NCBI GenBank assembly: GCA_963722385.1
Contig: CAVRKK010000002.1
Span: forward strand, 256,001-320,000
Source of the DNA: an uncultured bacterium
GTDB taxonomy: Bacteria; Babelota; Babeliae; Babelales; Babelaceae
Length of the DNA stretch: 64,000 bases
Direction: 5' to 3'
A program made the translations under genes and the position numbers. Shown in pieces: positions 18,864 to 29,702 of the stretch (the stretch's first letter is position 1; each line of letters begins with the position of its first letter). The notes under the pieces are model-generated. The model was not told the DNA's origin, made no database searches, and saw only the letters and a list, made by a program, of their open reading frames with translations.

Positions 18864-20699
18864 ATGATACAGTTATATGATCTGGTGCTTCGCTATGGCG
18901 AAGCACCAATATTCGACCATATTTCGATAGTGCTTCCCGAGCAGCGCATCGGCGTCGTTGGCCGTAATGGCGCCGGCAAGTCAACATTGCTTAAAATGAT
19001 AGATCATCGTGGCGCCGGATTGGATGATGGCGCCATTACGGTTGCCGGTAACCGTTCAATCGCTTATATGCCCCAAGAGATCGTGCTTACATCTGACAAA
19101 ACGATTTTTGATGAGACATTTAGCGCTTTTGATCAGTTAGCAGCACTGCAAAAAGAACAGGAACTGTTTGAGCAACTGCCTGATAAAGAGATTACCGTGG
19201 ACATGCTTGAACGCTATGCACAGGCGCAGGAACAAATAAAAGAGCTTAATCCTGCTGATAGTGCTGCTCGCACAGAAAAAATGTTACAAGGGCTCGGCTT
19301 TGCGCGTGATACGTTTAACAAGCCAGTTGCACAGTTGAGCGTTGGCTGGAAAATGCGCATTGTGCTCGCTAAGTTGCTCTTAAAGCGTGCTGACTTTTAC
19401 CTCTTTGATGAGCCAACAAACCACTTAGATATGGTAAGCAAAGAGTGGTTCTCAAGCTTCCTCAAATCAGCTGATTTTAGCTTTTTGCTTGTTACCCATG
19501 ATCGCTATTTTCTTGAGCACACGTGCAACCATATCTTTGAACTGGAGCGAGGCAAGGGCACCTTATATAACGGTAACTTTAGTTCATATCTCGCGCAAAA
19601 AGAGCATGCCGCTGCTATTAAACAGGCTGCTTTTGATCGTCAGCAAAAAGAGATCGGCCGCAAGCAGGCAGTTATTGATAAATTTAGGTCCGGGACTCGG
19701 GCAAAAATGGCACAAAGCATGCTCAAACAGCTCGATAAAATTGAACGGATCGAACCTGATCCTGTCATGCCTACGGTGAAATTCAATTTTACGAGTCCTG
19801 CACGTGCGGGGCACCAAGTGCTCTCATTTGACAACCTGGAACAATCTTTTAATGGGGTTTCTATTTTTAAGAATATTTCGGGCAGCATCATAAGGGGTGA
19901 AAAAGTAGCCGTTGTAGGCGCTAATGGAAGCGGGAAAACAACCCTTTTCAATATTATTAACGGCAGCTACCCACGGCAAATGGGCTTTGTAGAGTTTGGG
20001 CACAATGTAACGTTTGCCGTTTTCGAGCAGGATCAGCTCAAAGCGCTTTCGTTGACCAATACCGTTTATCAAGAAGTGCTCGATGCCTGCCCAGGCGTTC
20101 CCGAAGTCACGGTTCGCAAATTCTTGGGCGCCTTTCTATTTACCGGCGATGACGTTTATAAAAAAATCAACGTATTGAGCGGTGGTGAACGCGGTAGAGT
20201 AGCACTGGTAAAAGTCCTTTTACAGAATGCTAACTTTTTGTTACTTGATGAACCCACCAACCACCTCGATTTGTATGCTAAAGAAGTTCTTCTCCAAGCT
20301 TTGCAACAATACGAGGGGACCATCTTACTGGTTTGCCACGATCACGATTTTTTGGAACGCTTAGCAACGCGCGTTCTAGAACTCACGCCAACGGCGCTCC
20401 ATAGCTATCCTGGCACGTACGAATCGTATTTGGCTCAGGCGCGCCAGAAAGAGGTTAGTACCATTGCTCAGCGAAATGCCAAGCAAGCACCAGCACGCCC
20501 GCAACACGAAAAAAAGCACGATGGCTTGGATACGTTAGAGGCAAAAATTGCGCGTCTCGAAAAACAATTAAAAGATATCGATGGGCTTTTTGCTCAATGT
20601 CCTTATGATTCTCCCGCCTATAAGAACGCGGTAGCTGAACGGGAAAGAGCGGTTAAGGCGCTTGAAGAAGCTATGCAACTCTGGCAAAAACGCGTATAA
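18864..20699 (+). CDS. ABC-F family ATPase
   Basis: Two Walker A motifs (GRNGAGKS, GANGSGKT), two DEPTNHLD motifs, no TM segments. Confidence 0.95.
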   Translation: MIQLYDLVLRYGEAPIFDHISIVLPEQRIGVVGRNGAGKSTLLKMIDHRGAGLDDGAITVAGNRSIAYMPQEIVLTSDKTIFDETFSAFDQLAALQKEQELFEQLPDKEITVDMLERYAQAQEQIKELNPADSAARTEKMLQGLGFARDTFNKPVAQLSVGWKMRIVLAKLLLKRADFYLFDEPTNHLDMVSKEWFSSFLKSADFSFLLVTHDRYFLEHTCNHIFELERGKGTLYNGNFSSYLAQKEHAAAIKQAAFDRQQKEIGRKQAVIDKFRSGTRAKMAQSMLKQLDKIERIEPDPVMPTVKFNFTSPARAGHQVLSFDNLEQSFNGVSIFKNISGSIIRGEKVAVVGANGSGKTTLFNIINGSYPRQMGFVEFGHNVTFAVFEQDQLKALSLTNTVYQEVLDACPGVPEVTVRKFLGAFLFTGDDVYKKINVLSGGERGRVALVKVLLQNANFLLLDEPTNHLDLYAKEVLLQALQQYEGTILLVCHDHDFLERLATRVLELTPTALHSYPGTYESYLAQARQKEVSTIAQRNAKQAPARPQHEKKHDGLDTLEAKIARLEKQLKDIDGLFAQCPYDSPAYKNAVAERERAVKALEEAMQLWQKRV

Positions 20700-21013
20700 A
20701 GAAAGCACGGGAGCCTATGCTTTTTTTAGCGGTTGTTTGGTTAACAGCGCACGCCAAACGGGTATGATAGGTATTGTCCAGCAATAGCCTATTTTACCTG
20801 ATAGTTTAACAACGCTTGCGTCAGCCAAAAATGGCCCTCTGAACCCAAAATAATACAAGAAATGATCCACAACCACTGCTAAAGAAGTATGCAAATCAAA
20901 GGCATTCGCTTCTTGCTATACAGTTGATTGCTTGCTATTATTCATACCGGTTATTTTTCTTGATATTTTGTGTTAGCAAAAATTTCCCTCATCGGGGGGG
21001 AGTCGAGGTGAGT

Positions 21014-24000
21014 ATGCAGTATAAAATAATTAAATTTTTACGCACTTTCTTAAGAAATAAGTTTTCGATCGCCACATGCTTAATCGCTTTTTGTTTTATA
21101 GCAGCAATCCCTTCAATAAGAGCCATGGATTACAAAATTGCGGTTACTGAAATAAACAAACTCTTCAAAGCAATCAAAGAAAAGGATGTCAATAAGGCAA
21201 AAAGCGCTATATATGGTATCGTAGAGAGTGGCAGGAATATTAACATAACAGATGATGAAGGGTTCTCGCCGCTGCATAGAGCCGCAGAAGCCGGCCATCA
21301 GGATCTTGTAATACTTCTTTTAGAAAATGGAGCTGATAAGACAGCGGCAAACAAGCAAGGAAAGCTCCCTCAAGATCTAACCACCGACTCCGTCATTAAA
21401 ATATTGTTAATACCTGATATGGCAATTCCCGACGGTGATGATTTTGTTCTTGGAAAAGTCGAAGAATCTGACAACAGCACTTATCAAATACCACGGATCG
21501 ATACAGGTGAAATGGCAACAAAACCCATTGATCGAAAACATCGCTATTCTAAAGCAATACATAAACCAAAGAAGCTCACTCAAGACTTAACCAGGGCTTC
21601 AAGCAGTAAAACATTCTTAACCTATGATGTAATAGTTCCTCAGCAAGCGCGCTTATTGTTGAAGAAGTCGCGGATGCTGATAATAACACATTCCATCACC
21701 GGTCTACCGATGAAACAAAAACAATATCGGTTGATCAATGGTCTAACGCTTTAAAAGAAGATACAAACATCCTAGAGCAAGACATAAAACTCTATAAAAA
21801 AATGAGCGACCTCCATGCCTCTATCGAAAGTAGTCAAATCTTTGAGCCCGTTACTGTCGATGACGAAGATTCCTGGATCGTGTGGGTCAACATTCATGGC
21901 ACCGAAATATCAGTGAACTCTATTAAACTAGATGCTGTTAATACTGCTGATTTTGAGCAACTCAAGGATATAGCTGCCTCTTATGCAAAAATAAAGAAGA
22001 AAAAGCTAAAATTTCTTACTTTTCGTTGGTCGGGGAAAAATAATTGTCCCGACCGCACCTATAGCGCAGGATGCCTTTACTTCTACTTAAAAAAAATGGG
22101 GTACTGTAACTCTAAGCATGAAATTGTACTGGCAGCACATAGTCATGGTTGCAATCTCTGCGAACCTTGTTATGCAATACATAGATGAAAAAAATCCCAT
22201 TGCACTTCTCCTCTATTTTGCCTACCCGGATAAGCAAAAATCACACTATCAAGCATGGCATTACAAACAGCGTATATCATTTTGGTCTAAGGACGACTTG
22301 GTATCGCCGTTTGCCAGAGGACGAAACTGGCTGGTTGGCGTACCTGAGATAGTAATTCCTGCCTTGCGAGATAATTCGGTACCTTTTGGCCGTGAGGTGG
22401 GTAAAATCGATGTAAGCGTTCAAGTAACCATTAATGGCCAAGGACCAGGGCATAGCGAGATTAGGGAGGTCTTCCCTTTTCTGGCGCAGATCATAGCAGA
22501 TCTTCACTATTTATACCGCCGGCACTATAGTTTAAGCGGCAATTTAAAGTTGAAGTAGATGACAATAAAGCTTTGGTAACCATACTGAATCAAGGGCAAA
22601 AAAGATACCTGTTCCCTTTGAGTGCCTTGATTTCAAAAGATGAGCATCGTTCTTCAAAAGGGTCTAATACCTATAAGTTTTTCGCCAGCATTGAAGAGCT
22701 TGTTAGAATGCCACCGATAAAGACAATGATAGTGGCGGTGATAATAAAATAATGATGAAGTCCTTGTCCCGTGAGTTAGATTTAAGCAATTGTTTAATAT
22801 CAAAGGGCTCTCTTTTTTATCGCGCCGCATGGAGGGGTTATAGAGAGTATAATCGAATACCTTGTTTATCGTGAACCAAAATATATTAATAAGAGGGATA
22901 AAGAAGGGCTCTCCCCTTTTCACTATGCCTTGCAAAAAAATCACCATTCGCTTGCGCTATTATTTATTAAGCTTAGTGCTGACACATCGGCTCTCGAAGA
23001 TAAAATAGATCTATCGAAGAAAGACGAGCATGGCAATGGCATCTTGCATCGCGCTGTTTTATCTGGCCTACCAGATTTAGTCACCTTGATTCTTTACCAA
23101 AAAAACGTTAATCTTATGAGACAAATAACAATGGAGAAAGGCTATCCATTGTGCCGCTCGAGAGGGTCATCTTGATATAGTAAAACTTCTTTAGCACGTG
23201 GTGCAAAATCAATGCACGCGATAAAAACGGGCGCTCGCCCCTCAATAGAGCCAAGCGAAATGGTTATTTTTTACTCGCTTTATTTCTTATCGAAAATGGT
23301 GCCGACACCTCGCCTATTGAAGATGAAATAGATCTCGCCAAGAAAGACAAAGATGGTAATAATCCTTTTCATATCGCAGCTGGCACTGGTCGATTAACTT
23401 TGGTTAGTTTAATTATACAGCACCACAGCAAGCTCAACATTCATGAAGTAAATAGTGATGGAGAACAAGCTATTCATAGGGCTGCTCGTAACGGCCACCT
23501 TGATATAGTAAAAATTCTTGTCTATCATGCAGCTGATATACATGCTCAAAATGCTCAAGGCCAAGAGCCTATTCATTGTGCTGCTCAAGGCGGCCAGCTT
23601 GACGTTATTGAGCGGCTTGTAACAAATGGAGTAAGTATTAACGCAAAAGATAGCCAGTTACAGTCACCGCTTCATTATCTCATAAGATCCAAACAACCCA
23701 GCTTGTCGAGGTTCAGCGTATTTCCCATGCCCCGTTTCTCATCATCACCTAATACTTTTTTAAGGGATATTACTCGCATAGTTGATCTAGGAGCCGATAA
23801 CAGAAGCTGCCGAGCAAGAAGGAAATCGAGAAATCCATTTGGCGGTACTTGAAGAAAATGAAGAGTTATTGAAACTTCTTATTGGATTTGGCGTGGATAC
23901 TGATGCAACTAATAGTGCGGGCAAAAGCCCGCTTGATCTCGCCAGGAGCATCAAGGATCCTGATAAACAATTACGCTTTACGTCTATTATTAGCAACAAC

Positions 24001-24063
24001 GTAAGCATACCTCGGGTGACTAACGCGTTTGGCCAGCGTAGCGGTTACTGTGTTCTGATATAG
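21014..24063 (+). pseudogene. Multiply frameshifted secreted ankyrin-repeat plus alpha/beta-hydrolase protein (about 1000 aa if joined)
   Basis: Consecutive fragments in different frames: leader ending SIRAMD, ankyrin GFSPLHRAAEAGH, hydrolase NIHGT/FRWSG/AHSHG, then many more ankyrin repeats to about 23950. Confidence 0.8.
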
Positions 24064-24188
24064 GAATCACCCATGGACCTCTCTGGCTAAAAAACTATAA
24101 AGCATCAAATCTTGTTATTTTCCGTCAAGTGTTCTAATTTTGAACAGTGAACGGTCAAATTTCGTACATTGGTTGGTCAATTTTATGA

Positions 24189-24261
24189 CATATAAAGAAC
24201 ACCCTGGAGCACATGCTTTCTTTTAGCCCCGTTGTTTTGTTAACCGGAGCGCGCCAAACGG
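24189..24261 (+). pseudogene. N-terminal relic of an AAA_14/DUF4143-type ATPase gene
   Basis: Translates HIKNTLEHMLSFSPVVLLTGARQT, then breaks just before the Walker A GKT. Confidence 0.6.
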
Positions 24262-24339
24262 TATCATCAAAAATTACAAAACTATCTCGCAGCCCGCTTT
24301 CAGGCAGCTTTTAAGGATCTCGAAAATTTAGAAGAGGGC

Positions 24340-24642
24340 ATGTATGGATGGATCGCCAAAACTAAGGCTTTATATTATTACAATTTTTTACGTGAACTGT
24401 TAGGTCAACCAACCGTAAATTCTACCGATAAAATTGACCCAGACCTTGTTAAAGTATCACCTGATCCCGAATTATTTTCTCAGATTGATCAATTTCTTAG
24501 GCAACAAGGTGAAGATATAAGCTTGAAACCTTCAAAAACGAGGAGCTCCAGCTCATTCTCGCCAGAAGATGAAGCAGAGATAGAGCGACTCGAGAAAGCT
24601 TTAGCAGCATTGCGACTTAAAAAAGAAATTCAAATTTCATAA
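24340..24642 (+). CDS. Hypothetical protein, possibly a C-terminal gene fragment
   Basis: 100-aa ORF followed by a terminator. Confidence 0.4.
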   Translation: MYGWIAKTKALYYYNFLRELLGQPTVNSTDKIDPDLVKVSPDPELFSQIDQFLRQQGEDISLKPSKTRSSSSFSPEDEAEIERLEKALAALRLKKEIQIS

Positions 24643-24665
24643 AAAATATAACGATAAAACCAATT

Positions 24666-24698
24666 AAAAGGCGGCTTCACCAGAGAAAGCCGCCTTTT
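24666..24698. terminator. Intrinsic terminator, probably bidirectional
   Basis: AAAAGGCGGCTT-9 nt-AAGCCGCCTTTT. Confidence 0.85.
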
Positions 24699-24884
24699 GT
24701 ATTTAAATAACCAGGCCCGCTGGTATCTGTACTTTGATCTAGGAACAACATAACGACCTGAGCAAAACATGCTCGCCTTCCAGAACTCACCTAGCCCTAA
24801 ATCTGGCCTGGGGCAGCTTTACAAAAAGGCATTTTTGCTCGATACTGATATAGATTGAACATCGACTTTTGAGAAGGACATTTT

Positions 24885-25085
24885 ATGAAACAAGACATCC
24901 ATCCTCAGGCATTTGAGGTCAACGCGCATTGTGCTTGTGGTAACGACTTCAAGACGTTATCAACAAAGCGGGATGTACGCGTTACCATCTGCTCAAAATG
25001 CCATCCCTTTTTTACCGGCGCACAGAAATTCGTCGATACCGAGGGACGTATTGAGAAATTTAAAAAGAAATATAAGGGCGCATGA
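24885..25085 (+). CDS. rpmE: 50S ribosomal protein L31 (Zn-binding type)
   Basis: [21 protein letters not shown]. Confidence 0.97.
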   Translation: MKQDIHPQAFEVNAHCACGNDFKTLSTKRDVRVTICSKCHPFFTGAQKFVDTEGRIEKFKKKYKGA

Positions 25086-26173
25086 GCTTTCAAACCGTCG
25101 ACTGGTCTGCACTTGAACAGCGATCGAGCGTACTGGCACAACAATTATCGTCTCAAAACCTGGAAAGTTCCAAGCGCGTAGCGCTGCAAAGGGAGTTTTC
25201 CCAGATTACTAATCTTTTGCACAAACACCATGAATTTCAGGTTCTTGAGCAAGAACTTGCTGATCTCGAACGACAGCAGCAAGCCAACAAGGAACCAGAG
25301 CTTGCCGTTCTTTTTGACGAGGAGCTTGAATCAGTCAAGCAGCGGTATCTTGCGTGCCAAAGCGAGCTTGAGGACCTTCTTTTCCCCGGCGATGAGCGCG
25401 ATAATTTATCCGTGTTTCTTGAGATTCGCGCAGGTGCCGGCGGCCAGGAGGCAGCGCTCTTTGCGGCAGACCTCTTGCGGATGTATTCTATGTATGCTTT
25501 GCGCAAGGGGTGGCGTGCGTCACTTGCCAGTGAAAGCTTTACCGATCTTGGCGGGTATCGCGAAGCCGTGCTGCATATCCAAGGCAAGGGCGTCTTCGGC
25601 CACCTCAAGTTTGAAGCGGGGGTGCACCGGGTTCAACGGGTACCAACAACCGAGACATCGGGGCGGATTCACACATCAACCGCCACCGTCGCTGTGCTAC
25701 CAGAGCCTGAAGAGGTTGAAAGTGTTGAAATAAATCCCGCCGATCTACGCATTGATGTATATCGCGCGGGCGGTGCTGGCGGACAGCACGTCAACAAAAC
25801 AGACTCAGCGGTGCGCATAACACACCTTCCCACCGGGCTCGTTGTAGCTTGCCAAGAGGACCGATCACAGCACAAAAATAAAGCGAAAGCTATGAAAGTT
25901 TTAGGTGCACGGCTTCTTGCATTGCAACGAGAAAAGCAAGAGGCTGAGATCAGCCAAAGCCGGCGCGAGCAAGTAGGTGCCGGTGCACGTGCAGAAAAGG
26001 TGCGGACGTATAATTTCCCCCAAAACCGCGTAACTGATCATCAGATTGGTTTAACGCTCAACAAGCTGGATATGGTTATGGAAGGCGACCTTGATGATAT
26101 CGTTTTGGCCTTACGGCAACATGAGTACCACGAACGGCGCAAGCATGCGCTCTATCCCACTGCAGCCCAATAA
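25082..26173 (+). CDS. prfA: Peptide chain release factor 1
   Basis: VQRVPTTE (PxT motif), [17 protein letters not shown]. Confidence 0.96.
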   Translation: MSFQTVDWSALEQRSSVLAQQLSSQNLESSKRVALQREFSQITNLLHKHHEFQVLEQELADLERQQQANKEPELAVLFDEELESVKQRYLACQSELEDLLFPGDERDNLSVFLEIRAGAGGQEAALFAADLLRMYSMYALRKGWRASLASESFTDLGGYREAVLHIQGKGVFGHLKFEAGVHRVQRVPTTETSGRIHTSTATVAVLPEPEEVESVEINPADLRIDVYRAGGAGGQHVNKTDSAVRITHLPTGLVVACQEDRSQHKNKAKAMKVLGARLLALQREKQEAEISQSRREQVGAGARAEKVRTYNFPQNRVTDHQIGLTLNKLDMVMEGDLDDIVLALRQHEYHERRKHALYPTAAQ

Positions 26174-26211
26174 GAATATTCTCACATTCTCGACTATCAG
26201 GGAGTAATCAC

Positions 26212-27477
26212 ATGGTTGAATATTTCTTAGAGCACAGCAGGTACTTAAATATCGCTGGCATTATTCTGGTTCTGCTCTGCGCATGGTTTTTTTCACGCAA
26301 TAAAGGGCGCATAAGCCTCTGGGTGGTCGTTAATGGCCTGGTACTTCAGGTATTATTAGCTTTCATAACCCTTAAGACTTCGCTCGGCCAGACATGCGTC
26401 ACGGCCCTTGCTCAAGGTATAACCAAGCTTTATCTTTATGCCGAAGACGGCTCCCGGTTTCTTTTTGGGGCATTAGCGAATGTGCAAGAGCCATGGGGCT
26501 TTGTTTTCGCCTTTCGGGTATTGCCCGTCGTGATTTTTTTTGGCGCCTTCATAGCGATCCTTATGCACTACCGCATTATACAATTTCTATCGCTTCCCAT
26601 AAATTTTGTTTTGTATCGCTTTTTGGGCACTTCGGCTGCCGAAACGCTGTGCTCGGTAGCTAACTGCTTTCTCAGCCAGACTGAAGCACCCCTTCTTATA
26701 CGCCACTACTTGCCCACCATGACGCAATCTGAGATATTAACCGTGATGATTAGCGGCATGGGAACCATTAGTGGGCCATTATTTGCAGTTTATGCCGCCA
26801 TGGGCGTTCCGCTTATTTACTTGCTCAGCGCGAGTGTCATGGCAGTGCCCGCAACAATTATGATAGCTAAGATATTGCTTCCTGAAACAAGCAAACCAGA
26901 CACCGCTCGTGGCCTGTATACCCCAACTCAAGACGAGGACCATACGATTTTTGACGCCATTGCCATTGGCACTCAGGATGGTTTACGACTTGCCCTTGCC
27001 GTCGGCGCCATGTTGATAGCGTCTGTCGCCCTGATCTCCTGCGCCAACGGAATCTTAGGGTGGGTTTCCTTTGCTCTGCAGTCGGTGACTGATTTTGCGG
27101 GATTGGGATGGAAGATTCCATCGCTCAGCCTCCAATCAATTTTTGGCTTTGCTTTTGCCCCTATTGGTTGGTTGCTTGGGCTGGAGGGTGATGAAGTATT
27201 TCGCGCCGGAGAATTACTGGGTATAAAAGTAGCGATTAACGAAATGATGGCATATATCGCCATGGTTGGCACAAAGCTGTCAGGCAGGGCAGTTGCATTA
27301 CTTACTTTCGCCTTGTGCGGCTTTGCCAATTTTTCATCGATCGGGTTACAAATCGCCGGTATTGGCGCCCTGGCACCAGAACAGCGCAAGACAATCGCGC
27401 GACTCGGCCTGAGAGCGGTTCTGGGCAGCACACTCGCTAATTTGCTGTCAGCTTTTATCGCTGGGCTCATGATTTAG
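26212..27477 (+). CDS. Concentrative nucleoside transporter (NupC/CNT family)
   Basis: FAFRVLPVVIFF, NEMMAY, FALCGFANFSSIG. Confidence 0.93.
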   Translation: MVEYFLEHSRYLNIAGIILVLLCAWFFSRNKGRISLWVVVNGLVLQVLLAFITLKTSLGQTCVTALAQGITKLYLYAEDGSRFLFGALANVQEPWGFVFAFRVLPVVIFFGAFIAILMHYRIIQFLSLPINFVLYRFLGTSAAETLCSVANCFLSQTEAPLLIRHYLPTMTQSEILTVMISGMGTISGPLFAVYAAMGVPLIYLLSASVMAVPATIMIAKILLPETSKPDTARGLYTPTQDEDHTIFDAIAIGTQDGLRLALAVGAMLIASVALISCANGILGWVSFALQSVTDFAGLGWKIPSLSLQSIFGFAFAPIGWLLGLEGDEVFRAGELLGIKVAINEMMAYIAMVGTKLSGRAVALLTFALCGFANFSSIGLQIAGIGALAPEQRKTIARLGLRAVLGSTLANLLSAFIAGLMI

Positions 27478-27768
27478 AGCTGCGCGCGAAGAATATCGCC
27501 TATGCGGCTGGCACGACTACGCGTCGAGCGGCATGGCAGCGGCCCTGCACCCACACCTTAAGCCTAATGAGCGTGTATGTAGCAGCCTCTACATCTTGCT
27601 TTCTTTTAGTTTCATAACCATGCGCAACGCATGGTTATGATCACCGCAATCCTCCTGGCGGAGGATAAACGAAAAGCTGGCAAAAAATTGTTATCTGTAT
27701 TAAATCATTGATATTTTAATCTTCCAGGCACTATACTATAAATAAATTAATAGTGCAAGGAGAAAACA

Positions 27769-27993
27769 ATGAAGCATAGCGTATTCCTTTTTTTACTCGT
27801 TATGAGTGCCCATGTATGCGCTCAAAATGATTATCCGCGGTTTGTAAGAAGCGCATGCGCGAGACCCTTCGATACATGTTCTATCTCACTTGATTGTGGC
27901 CCCGAAGGCTGTCCCCAAAACTTAACGCAGGGTCAAACATGGGATGGTAAATGTAACAGCGATCTCCAATGTATTGATCTTGAATTAACCTGA
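27769..27993 (+). CDS. Small cysteine-rich secreted protein
   Basis: AAGGAG RBS, signal peptide, six Cys in a mature part of about 56 aa. Confidence 0.7.
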   Translation: MKHSVFLFLLVMSAHVCAQNDYPRFVRSACARPFDTCSISLDCGPEGCPQNLTQGQTWDGKCNSDLQCIDLELT

Positions 27994-28004
27994 GGAGAAC
28001 ATTT

Positions 28005-28382
28005 ATGTCTCGTATACGGTGCTTAATAATTTTATTAACCGCTTTTTTTGGCACGGTAGATGCCTTTCAATATAAATTCTGCAATCGAGGACCAACGCCA
28101 ATAGCAGTTCAAGCCGTTTATACCTGCCCACTCTCCCGCGTTAAGGTAATACAAAAGGAGTACAAAATTGCGCGTGGTGGTGCGGCAATCTCTGGCGAGC
28201 TCGAAGCAGACTGCTCCCTCGATATACCGAGCCTTAAAATAAACAATAAACAAATAAATAACTATTGCCAAGAATCAGGTAGTTTTGGTCACCCAACAAA
28301 AGCCACAACAATCATGTTAAAAGTAGTAGGGGGCAAATGGACTGCACAAGAAAAAGGTGGCCTCCTGATGTGCACTGGCTAA
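28005..28382 (+). CDS. Small secreted protein
   Basis: GAGGAG RBS, signal peptide ending VDA, Cys-containing beta-rich mature part. Confidence 0.7.
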   Translation: MSRIRCLIILLTAFFGTVDAFQYKFCNRGPTPIAVQAVYTCPLSRVKVIQKEYKIARGGAAISGELEADCSLDIPSLKINNKQINNYCQESGSFGHPTKATTIMLKVVGGKWTAQEKGGLLMCTG

Positions 28383-28415
28383 ATAGCCCAACAATGAACC
28401 AAAAGGAGAACAACA

Positions 28416-28604
28416 ATGGCACGTTATGGCGAAAAAGCAAAAGAATCAGTCAAGGAAGCGATGAAAAAATATAAAGAAGGTGAGTTAAAGAGTGGCAAAT
28501 CAGGCAAAACGGTGACAAACCCACGGCAGGCGATAGCCATTGGTTTATCTGAAGCCCGCGCAAAAGGCGCCAAAGTGCCGCCACCACCATCAAGGAAAAA
28601 ATAA
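28416..28604 (+). CDS. Small basic protein, DUF6496-like
   Basis: GELKSGKSGKTVTNPRQAIAIGLSEAR motif; AAGGAG RBS. Confidence 0.8.
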   Translation: MARYGEKAKESVKEAMKKYKEGELKSGKSGKTVTNPRQAIAIGLSEARAKGAKVPPPPSRKK

Positions 28605-28617
28605 CGGGAGTCGATCC

Positions 28618-29157
28618 ATGCCATCAAATCAAGAAGATTTCGTCGCACTATTCGTTAAAATTCTTCAACAGCAGAAAGCGCTGAAAGAATCTGAAGCACA
28701 AGCTCTAGCCTCGAAGTTTAAAGGCTATTCAGCACTTAATTTTGAAGAATTTTTAATCGATGAAGGAATTATTACCCACGAAAGCCTGTTACAAGCATTA
28801 AGCGAGTATTATCATATGCCTGCTTTTGATGTCCGCGGAGAATTTTTTGACCACCACCTGGTCACCATGTTTCCCCAGGACCTTCTTCTACGCCACCATT
28901 TTATTCCCTACATTCGCGATGAAAATATTCTAACGTTAGTGGCAGCTGAGCCCGATGATCCAGAACTTACCGTGCTTATTGGTAGTTACGTATCATACGA
29001 CATTGACTTCCTGGTAGGCTACTTCCGCGATATAGAAGATGAGATAGAAGACTTTTATGCCCAGCCGCTCACTCAAGATGTGGTAACCAAAGATCAAGAT
29101 CTTCGGCAAGAACATGAAGAACAAAAAGATGAAGAGCACTTAGAAGAACTCGAATAA
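28618..29157 (+). CDS. Stand-alone GspE/PilB N-terminal (T2SSE_N/MshEN-like) domain protein
   Basis: FEEFLIDEGII...LLQALSEYY..P..D, RHHFIPY...LVAAEPDD; start MPSNQ after GGGAG. Confidence 0.7.
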   Translation: MPSNQEDFVALFVKILQQQKALKESEAQALASKFKGYSALNFEEFLIDEGIITHESLLQALSEYYHMPAFDVRGEFFDHHLVTMFPQDLLLRHHFIPYIRDENILTLVAAEPDDPELTVLIGSYVSYDIDFLVGYFRDIEDEIEDFYAQPLTQDVVTKDQDLRQEHEEQKDEEHLEELE

Positions 29158-29194
29158 CATCAGTAACCATAAAAATGAGAAGTAAGGAGAAGTC

Positions 29195-29683
29195 ATGCGG
29201 TACATTATGCTTATAATAAAGCGCTTAGCTCTTATAATCCCGTGTTTCTGCACGATCGCACTCAATGCCTTAACACTCGAGCTACCTTTTACCGCGACGA
29301 TCCCAAAAGAAAACGTCTATACAGGCTGTGGTGGCGATAATCAAGCGCCAGCGATCAAATGGCGCGATCTACCCCCTGACACCAAAAGCCTTGCCCTTAT
29401 AGCGCATGACCCGGACGCTCCACGAGGCGATTTTATTCATTGGGTCATGTTTAATATAGCCCCACAAAAGTCGCCAACAAGCCCGAGTCATGGAACCAAT
29501 GACTTTGGCAACCGCCGCTATGATGGGCCGTGCCCACCATCAGGCACACACCGCTATATCTTTGATTTGTACGCGCTTGATACTATACTAGAGCTACCCG
29601 AAGGAATAAAAACATCAGATCTCAAGCAAGCAATGAAGGGACATACTTTAGCAACCGCATCGCAGCAAGCACTTTATCCATAA
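29195..29683 (+). CDS. YbhB/YbcL (PEBP/RKIP) family protein with signal peptide
   Basis: DPDAP, HW, GPCPP, HRY motifs. Confidence 0.92.
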   Translation: MRYIMLIIKRLALIIPCFCTIALNALTLELPFTATIPKENVYTGCGGDNQAPAIKWRDLPPDTKSLALIAHDPDAPRGDFIHWVMFNIAPQKSPTSPSHGTNDFGNRRYDGPCPPSGTHRYIFDLYALDTILELPEGIKTSDLKQAMKGHTLATASQQALYP

Positions 29684-29702
29684 GTTAACATGGGGAAAAG
29701 AT

